From IMG/VR virus record IMGVR_UViG_3300029037_000169: a DNA stretch of 64,000 bases. The stretch is one strand, 5' to 3'. Below, piece by piece: positions 16,829 through 27,531 of the stretch. The position numbers and the translations under genes are program-made. The DNA is from a virus. Position 1 is the first letter of the stretch, and the number at the start of each line of letters is the position of its first letter. The notes beneath the pieces are model-generated. The model searched no databases. It was not told the DNA's origin and worked only from the letters and a program-made list of their open reading frames with translations.

Positions 16829-19187
16829 CGGCAGGCTGCCTCCCCAAGCCAAGGAGATCGAGCAGATAATACTCGGGGCTTGCCTCATAGAGAGCGACGC
16901 TTTCGAGAAAATCGCCTCGGAGCTATCGGAGGTCGATTTCTACGACAAGAGGAACCAATCGGTATTCAAGGCCATATCCGGGCTATACAAGGAGAGAAAG
17001 CCCATAGACATGATGACGGTCACGCAAGCGATGCTGTCATCCGGGGAGCTTGAGAGTATTGGGGGGCCGATATACATAGCTTCCCTTACCTCCAAGATCG
17101 GGTCTTCGGCCCATATACAGGATCATGCCATGATCGTCAAGGAGCGGTCCATACAGAGGAAGGGGCTGGCTATCGCCAACGACCTTGAGAACGCCATCTA
17201 TTCCAACGAGGATATAGGGGACGTTCTTCACAAGGCCATAAACGGCTCAGAGACCCTCATGGAGGAACTTATCGGCAAGTCTAATGGCGAGCATATATCC
17301 AAGGCCCTTAAAGGCTCCATGGACGGTTTATACAAGCGTGTGGAGATGGCGAGGAAAAACATCCGATCCGGTGTTGACACGGGTCTTCACGACCTGAACA
17401 AGATCACGAACGGATGGCAGCCGGGAAACTTGGTGATAATAGCGGCTAGGCCCTCCATGGGAAAGGCGCTAAGGATGGATGCCAAGGTCTTGACACCTTC
17501 CGGATGGAAACTGAACAAGGATCTGGCGATAGGCGACCAAGTTTGCTCCGTAGACGGGACGGAATCACGTGTGACCGGCATATTCCCGCAAGGGTATGTC
17601 AAGACATACATGGTCGAGTTCTCGGACGGTCGCAAGATCGAATGCTGCGGAAGTCACCTATGGAGCGTAATATCTTCCAAGTTCAATTCCAAGGCCGAAA
17701 GGGTAGTATCTACCTTGGAGCTTATGGACTTGATAAGCAAGGAAAGATATTCCGGCAGAATAAGCATTCCTCGTTTCTCCGGGATATTCGGGGACAGGAA
17801 AGATTTCGTGATCCCACCATATCTCATGGGAGTCTTGTTAGGGGATGGGATCTTGGGCAAAGGGGTTAGCTGGTGCAAGCCAGATAAGTTTATCGCAGAC
17901 AAGATCCGAGGTATGGTTGACTACGATGTTATCGCCTCAGATGATCGATACCTAATAACCAACACGGAGAACAGGAAGGCCAATAAGTACTTGGCAGAGT
18001 TGAAGAACCTAGGATTGCTCAACGCCCATTCTTACGAGAAGTTCATTCCGGACATGTACATTGACACATGTAGGGATCAAAGAGTAGAACTGTTGAACGG
18101 TCTTCTTGACACTGATGGGGATATAGACAAGAATGGGGCTATATGTTACAACACCACGAGTGTCAAATTGGCGAGAGGCGTACAAACGCTTTGCTGGTCT
18201 TTGGGATATAAATGTTCCTTGAGAGAAAGACGCTCATTCCTTTATGGCGAGCGGAAAAGGAACAGTTTCAGGCTCGTGATCGTAGCGGACAACCCTAGGG
18301 AATGCTTCACGCTCCCAAGGAAATTCGACAGGGTGAGGATGGACCGGAGAAACAAGCCTTTGACCGTGATGTCCGTGACACCGACCAACCGCAGGGTTGA
18401 ATGCCAGTGCATATCGGTATCGCATGAGAAGGCCTTGTACATAACGGATGATTACATAGTCACCCACAATACCGCCGTGATGCTTCACTTGGCCAAATCG
18501 GCGGCAAAATCCAACACGCCCGTGGCTATATTCTCGCTTGAAATGTCCGACATAAGCTTGGCCAACAGGTTGATCCTATCCGAGTGCGACGTAGATCCGG
18601 AAAGGTTCAAGTCCGGGTATATGACAAACGAGGAGATCAAAAAGGTAGAGACGGCAGTCAACGAGCTTTGGAGGCTCCCGATCTATGTCGATGACAACCC
18701 GTGCGTTACGATGGACTACATCCGCTCACGATGCAAGATACTGAAGAAGCAAGGCAAGTGCGGGATCATCATGGCCGACTATCTCCAATTGGCGGAGAGC
18801 GGGGAACGGGAAGGAAACCGTGAGCGGGAGGTAGCCAAGATGTCAAGGACCGCCAAGATCACGGCGAAGGAGTTAAAGGTTCCCTTCTTGCTCTTATCCC
18901 AATTGAACAGGGGAAACGAGGCCAGACCGGACAAGAAACCCCTCCTATCAGATCTTAGGGAATCCGGGGCTATCGAACAAGACGCTGATATCGTAATGTT
19001 CATCCATAGGCCGGAGTATTACAAGATCGAGGTAAAGGACAAGAACGGGAACGTCGAACGCAACTATGGGGAGTTGATCGTGGCCAAAAATAGAGATGGG
19101 GCTACTGGATTAGTAAAATTCAAGCATAATGACGGTATGACCAAGTTCTACGATTACGGGAGTTATGACAAGGACATGCCATTTTAA
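16779..19187 (+). CDS. dnaB: replicative DNA helicase DnaB containing a LAGLIDADG-type intein in the P-loop
   Basis: DnaB N-domain; Walker A split ARPSMGK|[ALRMDAKVLTP...YIVTHN]|TAVMLHLA; LLGDGILGKG and LLDTDGDIDKNG endonuclease motifs; RecA-like C-terminal domain. Confidence 0.85.
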   Translation: MARTNTAQISHTSSPIDGRLPPQAKEIEQIILGACLIESDAFEKIASELSEVDFYDKRNQSVFKAISGLYKERKPIDMMTVTQAMLSSGELESIGGPIYIASLTSKIGSSAHIQDHAMIVKERSIQRKGLAIANDLENAIYSNEDIGDVLHKAINGSETLMEELIGKSNGEHISKALKGSMDGLYKRVEMARKNIRSGVDTGLHDLNKITNGWQPGNLVIIAARPSMGKALRMDAKVLTPSGWKLNKDLAIGDQVCSVDGTESRVTGIFPQGYVKTYMVEFSDGRKIECCGSHLWSVISSKFNSKAERVVSTLELMDLISKERYSGRISIPRFSGIFGDRKDFVIPPYLMGVLLGDGILGKGVSWCKPDKFIADKIRGMVDYDVIASDDRYLITNTENRKANKYLAELKNLGLLNAHSYEKFIPDMYIDTCRDQRVELLNGLLDTDGDIDKNGAICYNTTSVKLARGVQTLCWSLGYKCSLRERRSFLYGERKRNSFRLVIVADNPRECFTLPRKFDRVRMDRRNKPLTVMSVTPTNRRVECQCISVSHEKALYITDDYIVTHNTAVMLHLAKSAAKSNTPVAIFSLEMSDISLANRLILSECDVDPERFKSGYMTNEEIKKVETAVNELWRLPIYVDDNPCVTMDYIRSRCKILKKQGKCGIIMADYLQLAESGEREGNREREVAKMSRTAKITAKELKVPFLLLSQLNRGNEARPDKKPLLSDLRESGAIEQDADIVMFIHRPEYYKIEVKDKNGNVERNYGELIVAKNRDGATGLVKFKHNDGMTKFYDYGSYDKDMPF

Positions 19188-19197
19188 GAACAAGATA

Positions 19198-19431
19198 ATG
19201 GAAATAACAGACAGATTAAGGAACACCCCTACCGGGTTCACGGTAAAAATAGGGGAAATAAACATCCGAGTGATGAGATTCGTCCCCTGCACCAATACAA
19301 AGGCGACAATTTGCAAGGGCTGTGCCTTCCGGGACGAGGGAGCGAGGTTTTGCGAATACTCATCCGCATGCATGGCCCATCTGAGGCCGGATCACGAAAG
19401 CGTTGTTTTCTCTAAAACGAGTGAGATATGA
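19198..19431 (+). CDS. Cys-rich small protein
   Basis: CTNTKATICKGCAF...FCEYSSAC. Confidence 0.3.
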   Translation: MEITDRLRNTPTGFTVKIGEINIRVMRFVPCTNTKATICKGCAFRDEGARFCEYSSACMAHLRPDHESVVFSKTSEI

Positions 19432-20075
19432 AACAATACAACGATTGGGAAGAGATCGACAAGGACACGAACGGCCTTGTCACCTCGCTAACCTACATGG
19501 TACTTTTCGTGAACGACCAAGTGTATAACTACACGGTATCGCTCATGGAGGCCATGAGGAATAGCGAGCACTACAGGCATAACGCCAAACGGACGGCCAA
19601 CGCTATCGAGAAAGAGATAGACGCTTATAACACCAACATCTTCCGGATAGCCAAGGCGAACAAGGAGGCGTTAGCGGAGATAACGCAAAGCATGGAAGAG
19701 GACGTGCAGCCCCACATAGACCGATACTACTACACGATCAGCCAGATATTGCTGGATCACGGGGTATCGGGCATGACAAACCGGATCGCCTCGCTGTCAT
19801 CAACGATAAACATGCTAGCGCAGATGTCGAGGATCACGATAAGCGATTTCGGTGACAGGATGCGGGGGATCGTTCCTTTGGCGTACAACCCCCTATCCTA
19901 TCTGACACTGGACAAGGTGGAATATCTGAGCGACCGGTTATCAAGCGAGGTCACCGGAAAGGACGTGAGAATAAACTTAAATGAGCAGCCCGGGATCGTG
20001 AAGGCGTTCACGGCGATAACGAACGCTATACTTGATCCGAGGGTGTTCAATAAGGCTTTTGAGAAAGCAGGGTGA
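19428..20075 (+). CDS. hypothetical protein
   Basis: ATGA overlap. Confidence 0.4.
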   Translation: MKQYNDWEEIDKDTNGLVTSLTYMVLFVNDQVYNYTVSLMEAMRNSEHYRHNAKRTANAIEKEIDAYNTNIFRIAKANKEALAEITQSMEEDVQPHIDRYYYTISQILLDHGVSGMTNRIASLSSTINMLAQMSRITISDFGDRMRGIVPLAYNPLSYLTLDKVEYLSDRLSSEVTGKDVRINLNEQPGIVKAFTAITNAILDPRVFNKAFEKAG

Positions 20076-20241
20076 TTTTTTTCAATGATTTTATTTGGCG
20101 TTTTGGAAAGAAGTGGTACATTTGTAGCGACTATCATACTCAAGAGGCAGACGGAAGCCTGCCATATATAGCGGGCATTTTTTATGCTTGTAAGATCGAT
20201 GTATCTAAGATATACGGCTTGTACCCCCGTGGTGAACTGTA

Positions 20242-21129
20242 ATGGGACACCAGCCTCTTGAGGTGATAGTCAACGGGAAAGGCAAGCCGTTTTTCTTTGC
20301 CTATAATGCCAAAAAAATGACTATCGATATGGCAGAAATTACAACAAACGTAGGGGCGTTAATCCCCATCACAGAAAGCAACGGAAAAAGAGCCGTTAGC
20401 GCAAGAGCTTTGTACGACTTTTTAGGTTGTACGGAAAGATTCCAGTCTTGGTTTGACCGACAACTACAGTACGGTTTCGACGAAAACAAGGACTATGTAG
20501 GGTGTAAAGTATTTAACACCCTTGCGAATCAAGAACTTCAAGATTACGCAATGACATTAAACATGGCGAAAGAAGTATCAATGATCCAAAGAAGCGAGAA
20601 AGGTAAGCAAGCCCGCCGTTACTTTATCGCTTGTGAGGAAAAACTGGAAGAAAGCAAATCAATTAACCAATCCAGACCAGTGTCCGTCACCCCGACAAAA
20701 GTCCGGGCCGGAATAGAATGGGTGAAGGGCGTAAGCGAGATGCTGAACCTCAATGACGTTTCCAAGCTGTCTTTGCTTGAGAAAGTAGCCACCCCTCTTG
20801 GATTGCCCTTGCCTGACTACGTCCCGTCGAAGGGCGTGATGAAATCGGCCACTGACTTACTCAGCGATAAAGGTTACAAGGTGTCAAGGAATCAATTCTA
20901 CAAAAGGGCTATCGAGCTAGGATATATCGAACGTATATCCCGTAAATCCTCTAAAGGGAATACCAAATATTTCAACTCCATATCCAAGAAAGGACTCGAA
21001 TACGGAGAGAATCAAATAAACAAGAACAACCCGAAGGAAACGCAACCGGAGTGGTATGTGGACAAATTCGATTCTCTTATGTCCGTGTTAGGATTTTCTA
21101 AGATGGAGGAGTTGAACTATGCTAGCTAA
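20242..21129 (+). CDS. AntA-like phage antirepressor-domain protein
   Basis: SARALYDFLG...FQSWFDRQLQYGFDENKDY resembles the AntA/AntB N-domain. Confidence 0.45.
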   Translation: MGHQPLEVIVNGKGKPFFFAYNAKKMTIDMAEITTNVGALIPITESNGKRAVSARALYDFLGCTERFQSWFDRQLQYGFDENKDYVGCKVFNTLANQELQDYAMTLNMAKEVSMIQRSEKGKQARRYFIACEEKLEESKSINQSRPVSVTPTKVRAGIEWVKGVSEMLNLNDVSKLSLLEKVATPLGLPLPDYVPSKGVMKSATDLLSDKGYKVSRNQFYKRAIELGYIERISRKSSKGNTKYFNSISKKGLEYGENQINKNNPKETQPEWYVDKFDSLMSVLGFSKMEELNYAS

Positions 21130-21325
21130 ACAATACGACTTTACCTCGTTTAACGAGTTCATGAACAAGATCACCACGCCCTCCGAGGTGTGCGACCAAC
21201 TGATGGACTTGGTATTCAACTACTCATGGTGCATCAACGAGGAAACGGTGGATCGTTTCAAGGACGATATCGCCACGATCTATATGTTGCTTGGGGAGTT
21301 CAAGAAACTTGCCGAGCAGAACTAA
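21119..21325 (+). CDS. hypothetical small protein
   Basis: ORF only. Confidence 0.3.
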   Translation: MLAKQYDFTSFNEFMNKITTPSEVCDQLMDLVFNYSWCINEETVDRFKDDIATIYMLLGEFKKLAEQN

Positions 21326-21539
21326 TAATCTATCCGGGGCGTTCCTTTCATGGGATGCCCCTTTAAATCAACAAGAGAAAAATTAGCATGAGAAATAAAG
21401 AACTAATCGCTCTTCTCCAAGAGCAAGACCCGGAAGCGGAGGTAATGATACGCACGTCCGATGGAGAGTATGAGTACGATCCGGTGGATGTCACATGGGA
21501 CGAAGAGATAGAATACACAATTATTCAGGAGGGGTAGAT

Positions 21540-22136
21540 ATGAAAAATGAAACAAAAATCCTCAATTTATTTGTCGGTAACGACAAGTATAGACCAGCAT
21601 TAAACCAAGCGTTCAAACAAGGAGACATGGTATGTGCCACTGACGCTATCACGCTTATAACAATACCTATATCCTTGATAGGTCTTAGGTATCCGTATCA
21701 AGACAAGCCAGATGTATCATCTGTGTTGAATATAAGGAAAGAATGCCATGAGATCATAGAATTGTCTTGGTTGAAGGAATTGTACGATGACGTCCCGATG
21801 ATAAATGAAACGTATAAGTGCGAGGCTTGCGCAGGTACCGGGATGGTTGATTATGAGTTTTGTTTTGATGATATAATCTATACGGAAGAGGAGGAATGCC
21901 CCGTATGTCGTGGAGAGGGTCATTTATGCGAGACCGGGGAAATGATAAAAGATCCCCAATATGACATTGACATACACGGGAATCCTTTTAAATCATGGCT
22001 TGTGCTTAAAATGATAAATCTCATGGAGCTTCTTGATATCACCTCTTGTGTTCTTGTTTCGAACCCTTTATATGGACCTAACCTGTTTAGGTTCGAGAAT
22101 GGGATAAATGTAATATTAATGCCTTGTTTTAGATGA
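21540..22136 (+). CDS. hypothetical protein with zinc-ribbon motifs (CEACAGTG...CPVCRGEG)
   Basis: ORF and motifs. Confidence 0.35.
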   Translation: MKNETKILNLFVGNDKYRPALNQAFKQGDMVCATDAITLITIPISLIGLRYPYQDKPDVSSVLNIRKECHEIIELSWLKELYDDVPMINETYKCEACAGTGMVDYEFCFDDIIYTEEEECPVCRGEGHLCETGEMIKDPQYDIDIHGNPFKSWLVLKMINLMELLDITSCVLVSNPLYGPNLFRFENGINVILMPCFR

Positions 22137-22196
22137 GATGAATAAATTGAGGGAAAGATATGGATAATAAGGAATATTTTAACAACGAATTATAAT

Positions 22197-22577
22197 ATGA
22201 ATCAAATTTGCACGAACAAAGAACAATCACAACGGCTGTTAGAGGCCGGGGTGAGACCGGAGACGGCGGACATGTATCTTGACGAGTTCGAACGTCTGGT
22301 CGCATTTGAATATAGAAGGATTAAAAGTAAAGCGTATCAAGATACGGTATTGCCCACTTGGTCTCTATCCAAGCTAATAGACATGATACCCGATCAAATA
22401 GAATGTGAGGGATATAACTATTACCTATTCATACTTCCACGAGATAAAGAATTCACTATAAAGTATTCCGCTGGAAGTAACCTTGCCAAGTCATATTGCA
22501 GGGAGAGCCTTTTTGATGCTATCACAGAAATGATTGAATGGCTTATCAAGGAAGGACACCTTGACAATAGAAACTAA
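22197..22577 (+). CDS. hypothetical protein
   Basis: ORF only. Confidence 0.35.
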   Translation: MNQICTNKEQSQRLLEAGVRPETADMYLDEFERLVAFEYRRIKSKAYQDTVLPTWSLSKLIDMIPDQIECEGYNYYLFILPRDKEFTIKYSAGSNLAKSYCRESLFDAITEMIEWLIKEGHLDNRN

Positions 22578-22763
22578 AAAAAGCCCAAAGTTACAGGACA
22601 ATGGGCTTGTGTCTTTTCTCGGACAAGGGAGATAGGACAAGGAGGTGAATGACAGTTCACCAGATTGGAGGTGTTAATGTTCCAACCAAACGCAATGCAA
22701 ATATACAGGTTTACCGTATACTAACAATGTGTGGTTAGCAATATTTAAATATTATTTAAAATC

Positions 22764-23060
22764 ATGGAAAGAGATATTGATAAGAGACAGACGGTAGAAG
22801 AAGCGGCTCATTTCTTCGCTGAAAGCAGGAGTAGCGGTAGTGCATTCCCGGCGTATTATCAGGGATTTATAGCAGGTGCCGAATGGGAAATGGCAGAAGC
22901 TATTAATGCTCACTGGAAAAGTTGTCCAAACCTCTCTAAAGACAATGATCGAATGTGCAATCAAATGAATGATTGCAATCAGAATTGCGAGTACATGAGG
23001 TCTTTTATTAGACTATTAAGAGGAATAGTATTAACCGAGCCTTCCCGGGAAGGCTCATAA
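22764..23060 (+). CDS. hypothetical protein
   Basis: ORF only. Confidence 0.3.
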   Translation: MERDIDKRQTVEEAAHFFAESRSSGSAFPAYYQGFIAGAEWEMAEAINAHWKSCPNLSKDNDRMCNQMNDCNQNCEYMRSFIRLLRGIVLTEPSREGS

Positions 23061-23070
23061 TTTAAAAGAT

Positions 23071-23364
23071 ATGAAAGAAAAAATAGAAGAAGCTAGAAAA
23101 AAAGCACTTTGTTATTATCATGATCTTATTGCCAAATGTCTTGAAGTACATGACATTGATCTAACAACAATCATCAGTGATTGTGTAACAGCGGGATATG
23201 AGGCCCGTGCAGATGAAGTTATTGAACTTCGAGTAAAGTTAGATCGAAAAGTGAGTCAAAAACTTGAGTATGAGAAACTATACGAAGAAGCTAAAGATAA
23301 ACTTTATAAAGCGGGGATAGAGCCATGCCCTATTCGAGAAAACAATCATTCACGTAACTCATAA
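23071..23364 (+). CDS. hypothetical protein
   Basis: ORF only. Confidence 0.3.
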   Translation: MKEKIEEARKKALCYYHDLIAKCLEVHDIDLTTIISDCVTAGYEARADEVIELRVKLDRKVSQKLEYEKLYEEAKDKLYKAGIEPCPIRENNHSRNS

Positions 23365-23391
23365 TTAAGAAAAATGAGCAAATTATAATTT

Positions 23392-23652
23392 ATGAAACTA
23401 GGCAAGCAAACAATAGTATTCTTGGCCGTAAACAAGAATGGTGACGAGGTTATTCTTGATAACTTCCCAGTGCGGCAAGGAGAGGTATGGACGGACGATA
23501 GATCGGCGCATGACGAGGAATATTTTTCCGTCGAGGATCACAATTCGGCGATCGTACTTCCAAAAGGCAGTATATATAGGTTAACAGGTAGATACTTAAC
23601 GTGGGAAGACGATCCCATATCTCTTAAATCCGTCATTGAGGAACTTCCTTGA
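23392..23652 (+). CDS. hypothetical protein
   Basis: ORF only. Confidence 0.3.
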   Translation: MKLGKQTIVFLAVNKNGDEVILDNFPVRQGEVWTDDRSAHDEEYFSVEDHNSAIVLPKGSIYRLTGRYLTWEDDPISLKSVIEELP

Positions 23653-23778
23653 TGGTTATCTATGTGGAATGATAGATTCATTATAATAGGCACATCAAGT
23701 GCCGTATCCGAGCCATCACCTCATAGAAGTTGACAGGCTCGAAATCCAAGGAATCCGCGAGGCGGTCTATCTCCCGTC

Positions 23779-24249
23779 TTACGGATTCCTTTTTCTTTTT
23801 ATCTTCTTTTTTCTTTCCCATAACTCATCGTTTATATCGTTCCTGTGACGATGGCAATCGCAGATGAACATCCTTATCTCATCGGACATCAAGGCTCCTA
23901 TATCGCCAGCCAAGTAAGCGATAGGCTCCCCTCCGATCTCCAGATCCAAGGCCAAGGACATATGATCCGTCAAGTGCCGGCACTCGTGGAACAACGAATT
24001 AGAGAACTCCCTGTAAGACGAGGTCCGGCCTATCACCATGACGGATTCCCTTCGCCGGTAGTTGGAATAAGTAAGTCCCACGTCCAGCTTGCAGGATCCT
24101 ACGTTGCCATAAGCCTCCCGTATCTTGCTTTCCGGGCAACCGGCCCTCCTCAATAGGGCTATGATATCGGATATCCTCGAGCAGGTGACGTTATACAGTA
24201 CGTGGATCACCCAATCGTATCTCTTGATATGGTAATCCCGTCGTATCAT
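23779..24249 (-). CDS. HExxH zinc-metallopeptidase-like protein (ImmA/IrrE- or SprT-like)
   Basis: LFHECRHLTDH motif. Confidence 0.4.
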   Translation of the reverse strand: MIRRDYHIKRYDWVIHVLYNVTCSRISDIIALLRRAGCPESKIREAYGNVGSCKLDVGLTYSNYRRRESVMVIGRTSSYREFSNSLFHECRHLTDHMSLALDLEIGGEPIAYLAGDIGALMSDEIRMFICDCHRHRNDINDELWERKKKIKRKRNP

Positions 24250-24427
24250 CTCCTTACCGTCTTGAACTCCCGCTCTATCCTCCTCCTTTGTTGCCGGGTG
24301 AGATTGGTTGCCTTGAGATTGCCCACCACCTCGGATACCTTGTCAAAATCCTTCTCTGGCATACTCGCCAGCACGTCCTTGGGGGACTCTCCCTTCAAGA
24401 TCCTCAGTATGTAGCCCCAGCCTCCCA

Positions 24428-24880
24428 TCACATCATCTCCTCCCAGATTATAGGCGTGCCGGACCCGATGCAATCAGCGTAGAACCGGGTGAACACTATC
24501 CCGTCGTAAGCGTCCGGATCGTCGCAGACGTTCTTGACATAAAGAGCGGCGTACTGCTCGTTAGGCACTGAGGAGCCAAGGTAATCGGCCTTGCACATGT
24601 TGGCGGCGTAAACATAATCGTATCCACCCTTTTTCTTCACGTCAACGCTATACTTCTTCAGCATCTCATCCACCTGTTCCTTCGTGAAAGGGGTTATCTT
24701 GACCTTCTTCCCGTTTCCGTCCTCCTTCTCCATCATGGATACGGCCCAATCGCACATGGCCTTGGAAAAATGCCAGCCATACGCCTTCAGGTAGGATCGC
24801 ATCCCGGAAGGGAAATCATCATACATATCTAGTCTCATATTCCTCTGTTTTTTAGGAGGGGGAAACCGGTCCCCCCTCAT
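24428..24880 (-). CDS. hypothetical protein
   Basis: ORF only. Confidence 0.4.
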   Translation of the reverse strand: MRGDRFPPPKKQRNMRLDMYDDFPSGMRSYLKAYGWHFSKAMCDWAVSMMEKEDGNGKKVKITPFTKEQVDEMLKKYSVDVKKKGGYDYVYAANMCKADYLGSSVPNEQYAALYVKNVCDDPDAYDGIVFTRFYADCIGSGTPIIWEEMM

Positions 24881-24882
24881 GG

Positions 24883-25200
24883 TTATCTACGATATCGTCT
24901 CGAGTAGCGTCCGGTGCCCGGTACCCCACGGCGATTGCCATAGCCTCCCCCGGATGATCCACGACCGCCGCCACGGTTGCCGTAGCCGCCACGCTCCCAC
25001 ATCTCACGGAACTCGTCGTCGTCCTCGAACTCATCGTCTTCGTCTTCCTCCATGCGGTTGCCATAGCCTTCCATGGCCTTCCGCTTTCCTTCCTTACAGC
25101 CAAGCTTATAGGCCTCCTTCGCCAGTTCCAACATATCCTCGTCTTCCATGGCGTCGAATTCCTCGATCAGCTCTCTCAGTTTTCTGCTATATGTTCCCAT
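24883..25200 (-). CDS. acidic, GYGNR/RGG-repeat low-complexity protein
   Basis: EEDEDDEFEDDDEF acidic patch; three GYGNR repeats. Confidence 0.4.
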   Translation of the reverse strand: MGTYSRKLRELIEEFDAMEDEDMLELAKEAYKLGCKEGKRKAMEGYGNRMEEDEDDEFEDDDEFREMWERGGYGNRGGGRGSSGGGYGNRRGVPGTGRYSRRYRR

Positions 25201-25201
25201 A

Positions 25202-25747
25202 TCACTCTGTTTTTTTATTCTTGTTATTATTACCGTTCACGGAACCGACAAGTTGCTCCATCATGGCAACCAACCTTGCGTTAGCCTCCTTCAGATCGGA
25301 CATCTCGTTTCTCATGTTAGCGATCTCACTCTCCCTCTCCTTCTCCCGGGCAAACTCAGGGTTCAGTATTACCAGCATCTTCTCGCACCCCTCAATCACG
25401 GATTTATGGTAATCGATGCTGTCAAGTGCCTGTCGGCTTTGCTGCATCATGGCGTTGATCTCCGTATTCAGGGCACCTAGATCGCATGACACAACCAGTT
25501 TCTCCCCATTTGTAGTGGGGTAATCCGTAATGGTAACGTCGGACAAGACGTTGGAGAAGCTGACGTTGTCCTCACCTACCTTGGCCTTTATGTCCACCAC
25601 GATTTTAGCTTGCGGACCATACATGTTGAAATTTGGATTCTCCGGTCTCGGAGGGGACACGCTGACTATGCTTCCAACCTCACAAAAAGGCGTATTCCCC
25701 TTATGAAGGATATATAAAGGATTCCCTTGTCTCTGATTCTTGAACAT
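25202..25747 (-). CDS. hypothetical protein with C-terminal coiled-coil
   Basis: ORF only. Confidence 0.4.
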   Translation of the reverse strand: MFKNQRQGNPLYILHKGNTPFCEVGSIVSVSPPRPENPNFNMYGPQAKIVVDIKAKVGEDNVSFSNVLSDVTITDYPTTNGEKLVVSCDLGALNTEINAMMQQSRQALDSIDYHKSVIEGCEKMLVILNPEFAREKERESEIANMRNEMSDLKEANARLVAMMEQLVGSVNGNNNKNKKTE

Positions 25748-25800
25748 ATTTATTGGTTTTTATGAGAGCCGGATCGCTCCGGTCTCTCGTTGATACTCTC

Positions 25801-26145
25801 TCACACCACTCCCGTCATTATCTGGAGCGTATTATTGCCCGACTCATAGTAACACAAGTAGATTCCGGTGCCGGTTATATCGGATGCCGTGACATCTGCG
25901 CCGTTAATGGTCGTTAGCGCCTGCGTGGAGCCGTTCGTGTCAAACACTACCGGCAACGTCCCGGTAGTACCAGCCGGGATAGGCTGGGCCAGACGGAACA
26001 AGATCAACCCGCTAAACGGGGCTGACAGGAACGGGTGATTGCGGAAGGAGAAACGAACGTTGGTCGTCCCGACCGTAACGCCCGTGCTCTCCAAACGTGG
26101 GATACCGTTCTTGTTCGCCATTATGAAAGGACTAATGAATGCCAT
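25801..26145 (-). CDS. hypothetical protein
   Basis: ORF only. Confidence 0.4.
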   Translation of the reverse strand: MAFISPFIMANKNGIPRLESTGVTVGTTNVRFSFRNHPFLSAPFSGLILFRLAQPIPAGTTGTLPVVFDTNGSTQALTTINGADVTASDITGTGIYLCYYESGNNTLQIMTGVV

Positions 26146-26173
26146 AACTCTTTATTTTTAGGTTATTAACTCA

Positions 26174-27148
26174 TTATCCCCATCCGTTGCCGAAGTTTCC
26201 CCAGTTACCGAGACCTAGGCCTAATCCGTACTGGGCGGCCACGCAAGTGGGTATGCCTACCACGGGGGAGTAAGGAACCTTTGCCACCTCCGGCTGGTTA
26301 CACTCGATCTTGGCCAATCTTGAGCTCAAATCACCCAAGGCGTTACCTAGAGGGGCGGTCTGCGCCTGTAGAGTAGCGGCGAAATAGGCGTTCTGGTTGC
26401 TTTGGGAGATCTGTCCTTTCAAGGCTAGGTTCTCCGCCGTCAAGCGATCCATCTTGTCTTGTTGATACAAGTTCTTGAAATCACGAACCTCGTTGATGAT
26501 ATCACGGGTGTTCTGCAGACCTGAGTCACGGAGAGTCAACGTGTTGTTGTTCATCGTATTCACCAGCGTGTTTGTCTGGTTGCAGCTAGCCAATTGGTTC
26601 TCGTAGCCCATCTTAGTGATGTTGTTGTTAACCGTGCAGCAGCACTCGGCGATCTGGCTCAATAATTGATTGTTACCACTTTGGACGGCGTTAATGATTT
26701 GTTGGGAACTCATGCCTACTTGGTTACCCACGCTCTGGATCTGTCCTTGGATCTGGCAGATAGCGTTTTGTAATTGTTGGGTTGAGCAATTCAAGGAAGA
26801 TGACAATTGGCTGATAGCCGTTCCGTTTCCTTGGATAGCGTTCATCAACAATTCACGACCAGCGTCATTGTTCAATTGAGCCGGTAATCCGTTAGCCCCG
26901 TTGTTGCCGAAGCCGTTGCCACCCCAGCCTCCCCATACGAAGAACAGGAGGATGATCCAGATCCACCAGCAACCACCACCGCCCCAAGCGTCTTGATTGC
27001 CCTTATTGTTCATCAAAGCCGCTACCAAATTGGGGTCCAATGATTTTCCACCGCCACCCATCAAGCTCGGGAGAAAGGCCATGATGTCAAACTTACTTCC
27101 ACCGGAATTACCTCCTTCGGGAGTACCGATAAAATAATTTCTATCCAT
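26174..27148 (-). CDS. Gly/Gln/Asn-rich protein with central hydrophobic segment
   Basis: Low-complexity GGGG/GNGxGNNG runs. Confidence 0.4.
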   Translation of the reverse strand: MDRNYFIGTPEGGNSGGSKFDIMAFLPSLMGGGGKSLDPNLVAALMNNKGNQDAWGGGGCWWIWIILLFFVWGGWGGNGFGNNGANGLPAQLNNDAGRELLMNAIQGNGTAISQLSSSLNCSTQQLQNAICQIQGQIQSVGNQVGMSSQQIINAVQSGNNQLLSQIAECCCTVNNNITKMGYENQLASCNQTNTLVNTMNNNTLTLRDSGLQNTRDIINEVRDFKNLYQQDKMDRLTAENLALKGQISQSNQNAYFAATLQAQTAPLGNALGDLSSRLAKIECNQPEVAKVPYSPVVGIPTCVAAQYGLGLGLGNWGNFGNGWG

Positions 27149-27531
27149 TATCTTTAATTTTTGTCGTTAATCCGGCACCATTACCGGACACGACAAAAAT
27201 CATGAGAAGGGCTTTGCTAAATAAATATCTCCTTGCTAGCTTGTTGCGAGGTTGTTGCTAGTTCTTTGCGGAAGGGGATGAGACAAAAAAAGCGCCGCCA
27301 ATTTGTGTTGACGACGCTTTTACCTTTTAAGGGAGGCTTTATAATGATATGGAAAGGAGCTCTTCTCCTAATTTATGCAAGGCTGTTTCCAATACATGCA
27401 TTGTAGCGTGGTTGGACTAGATATATGTTTTTTTCTATCTGAGTATTTATCAAAACTATTCCTTTCTAGGAATTCATCATACTCCTTAGCTAGTTCATCT
27501 AAATTTTTCATACCTTCCTCTTTATATGATA

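Noticed and set aside
24879-25412. Pro/Arg-rich plus-strand ORF (177 aa)
   Set aside because: It is antisense to the better-supported minus-strand genes 24883..25200 and 25202..25747, and its composition is a GC-rich antisense artefact.
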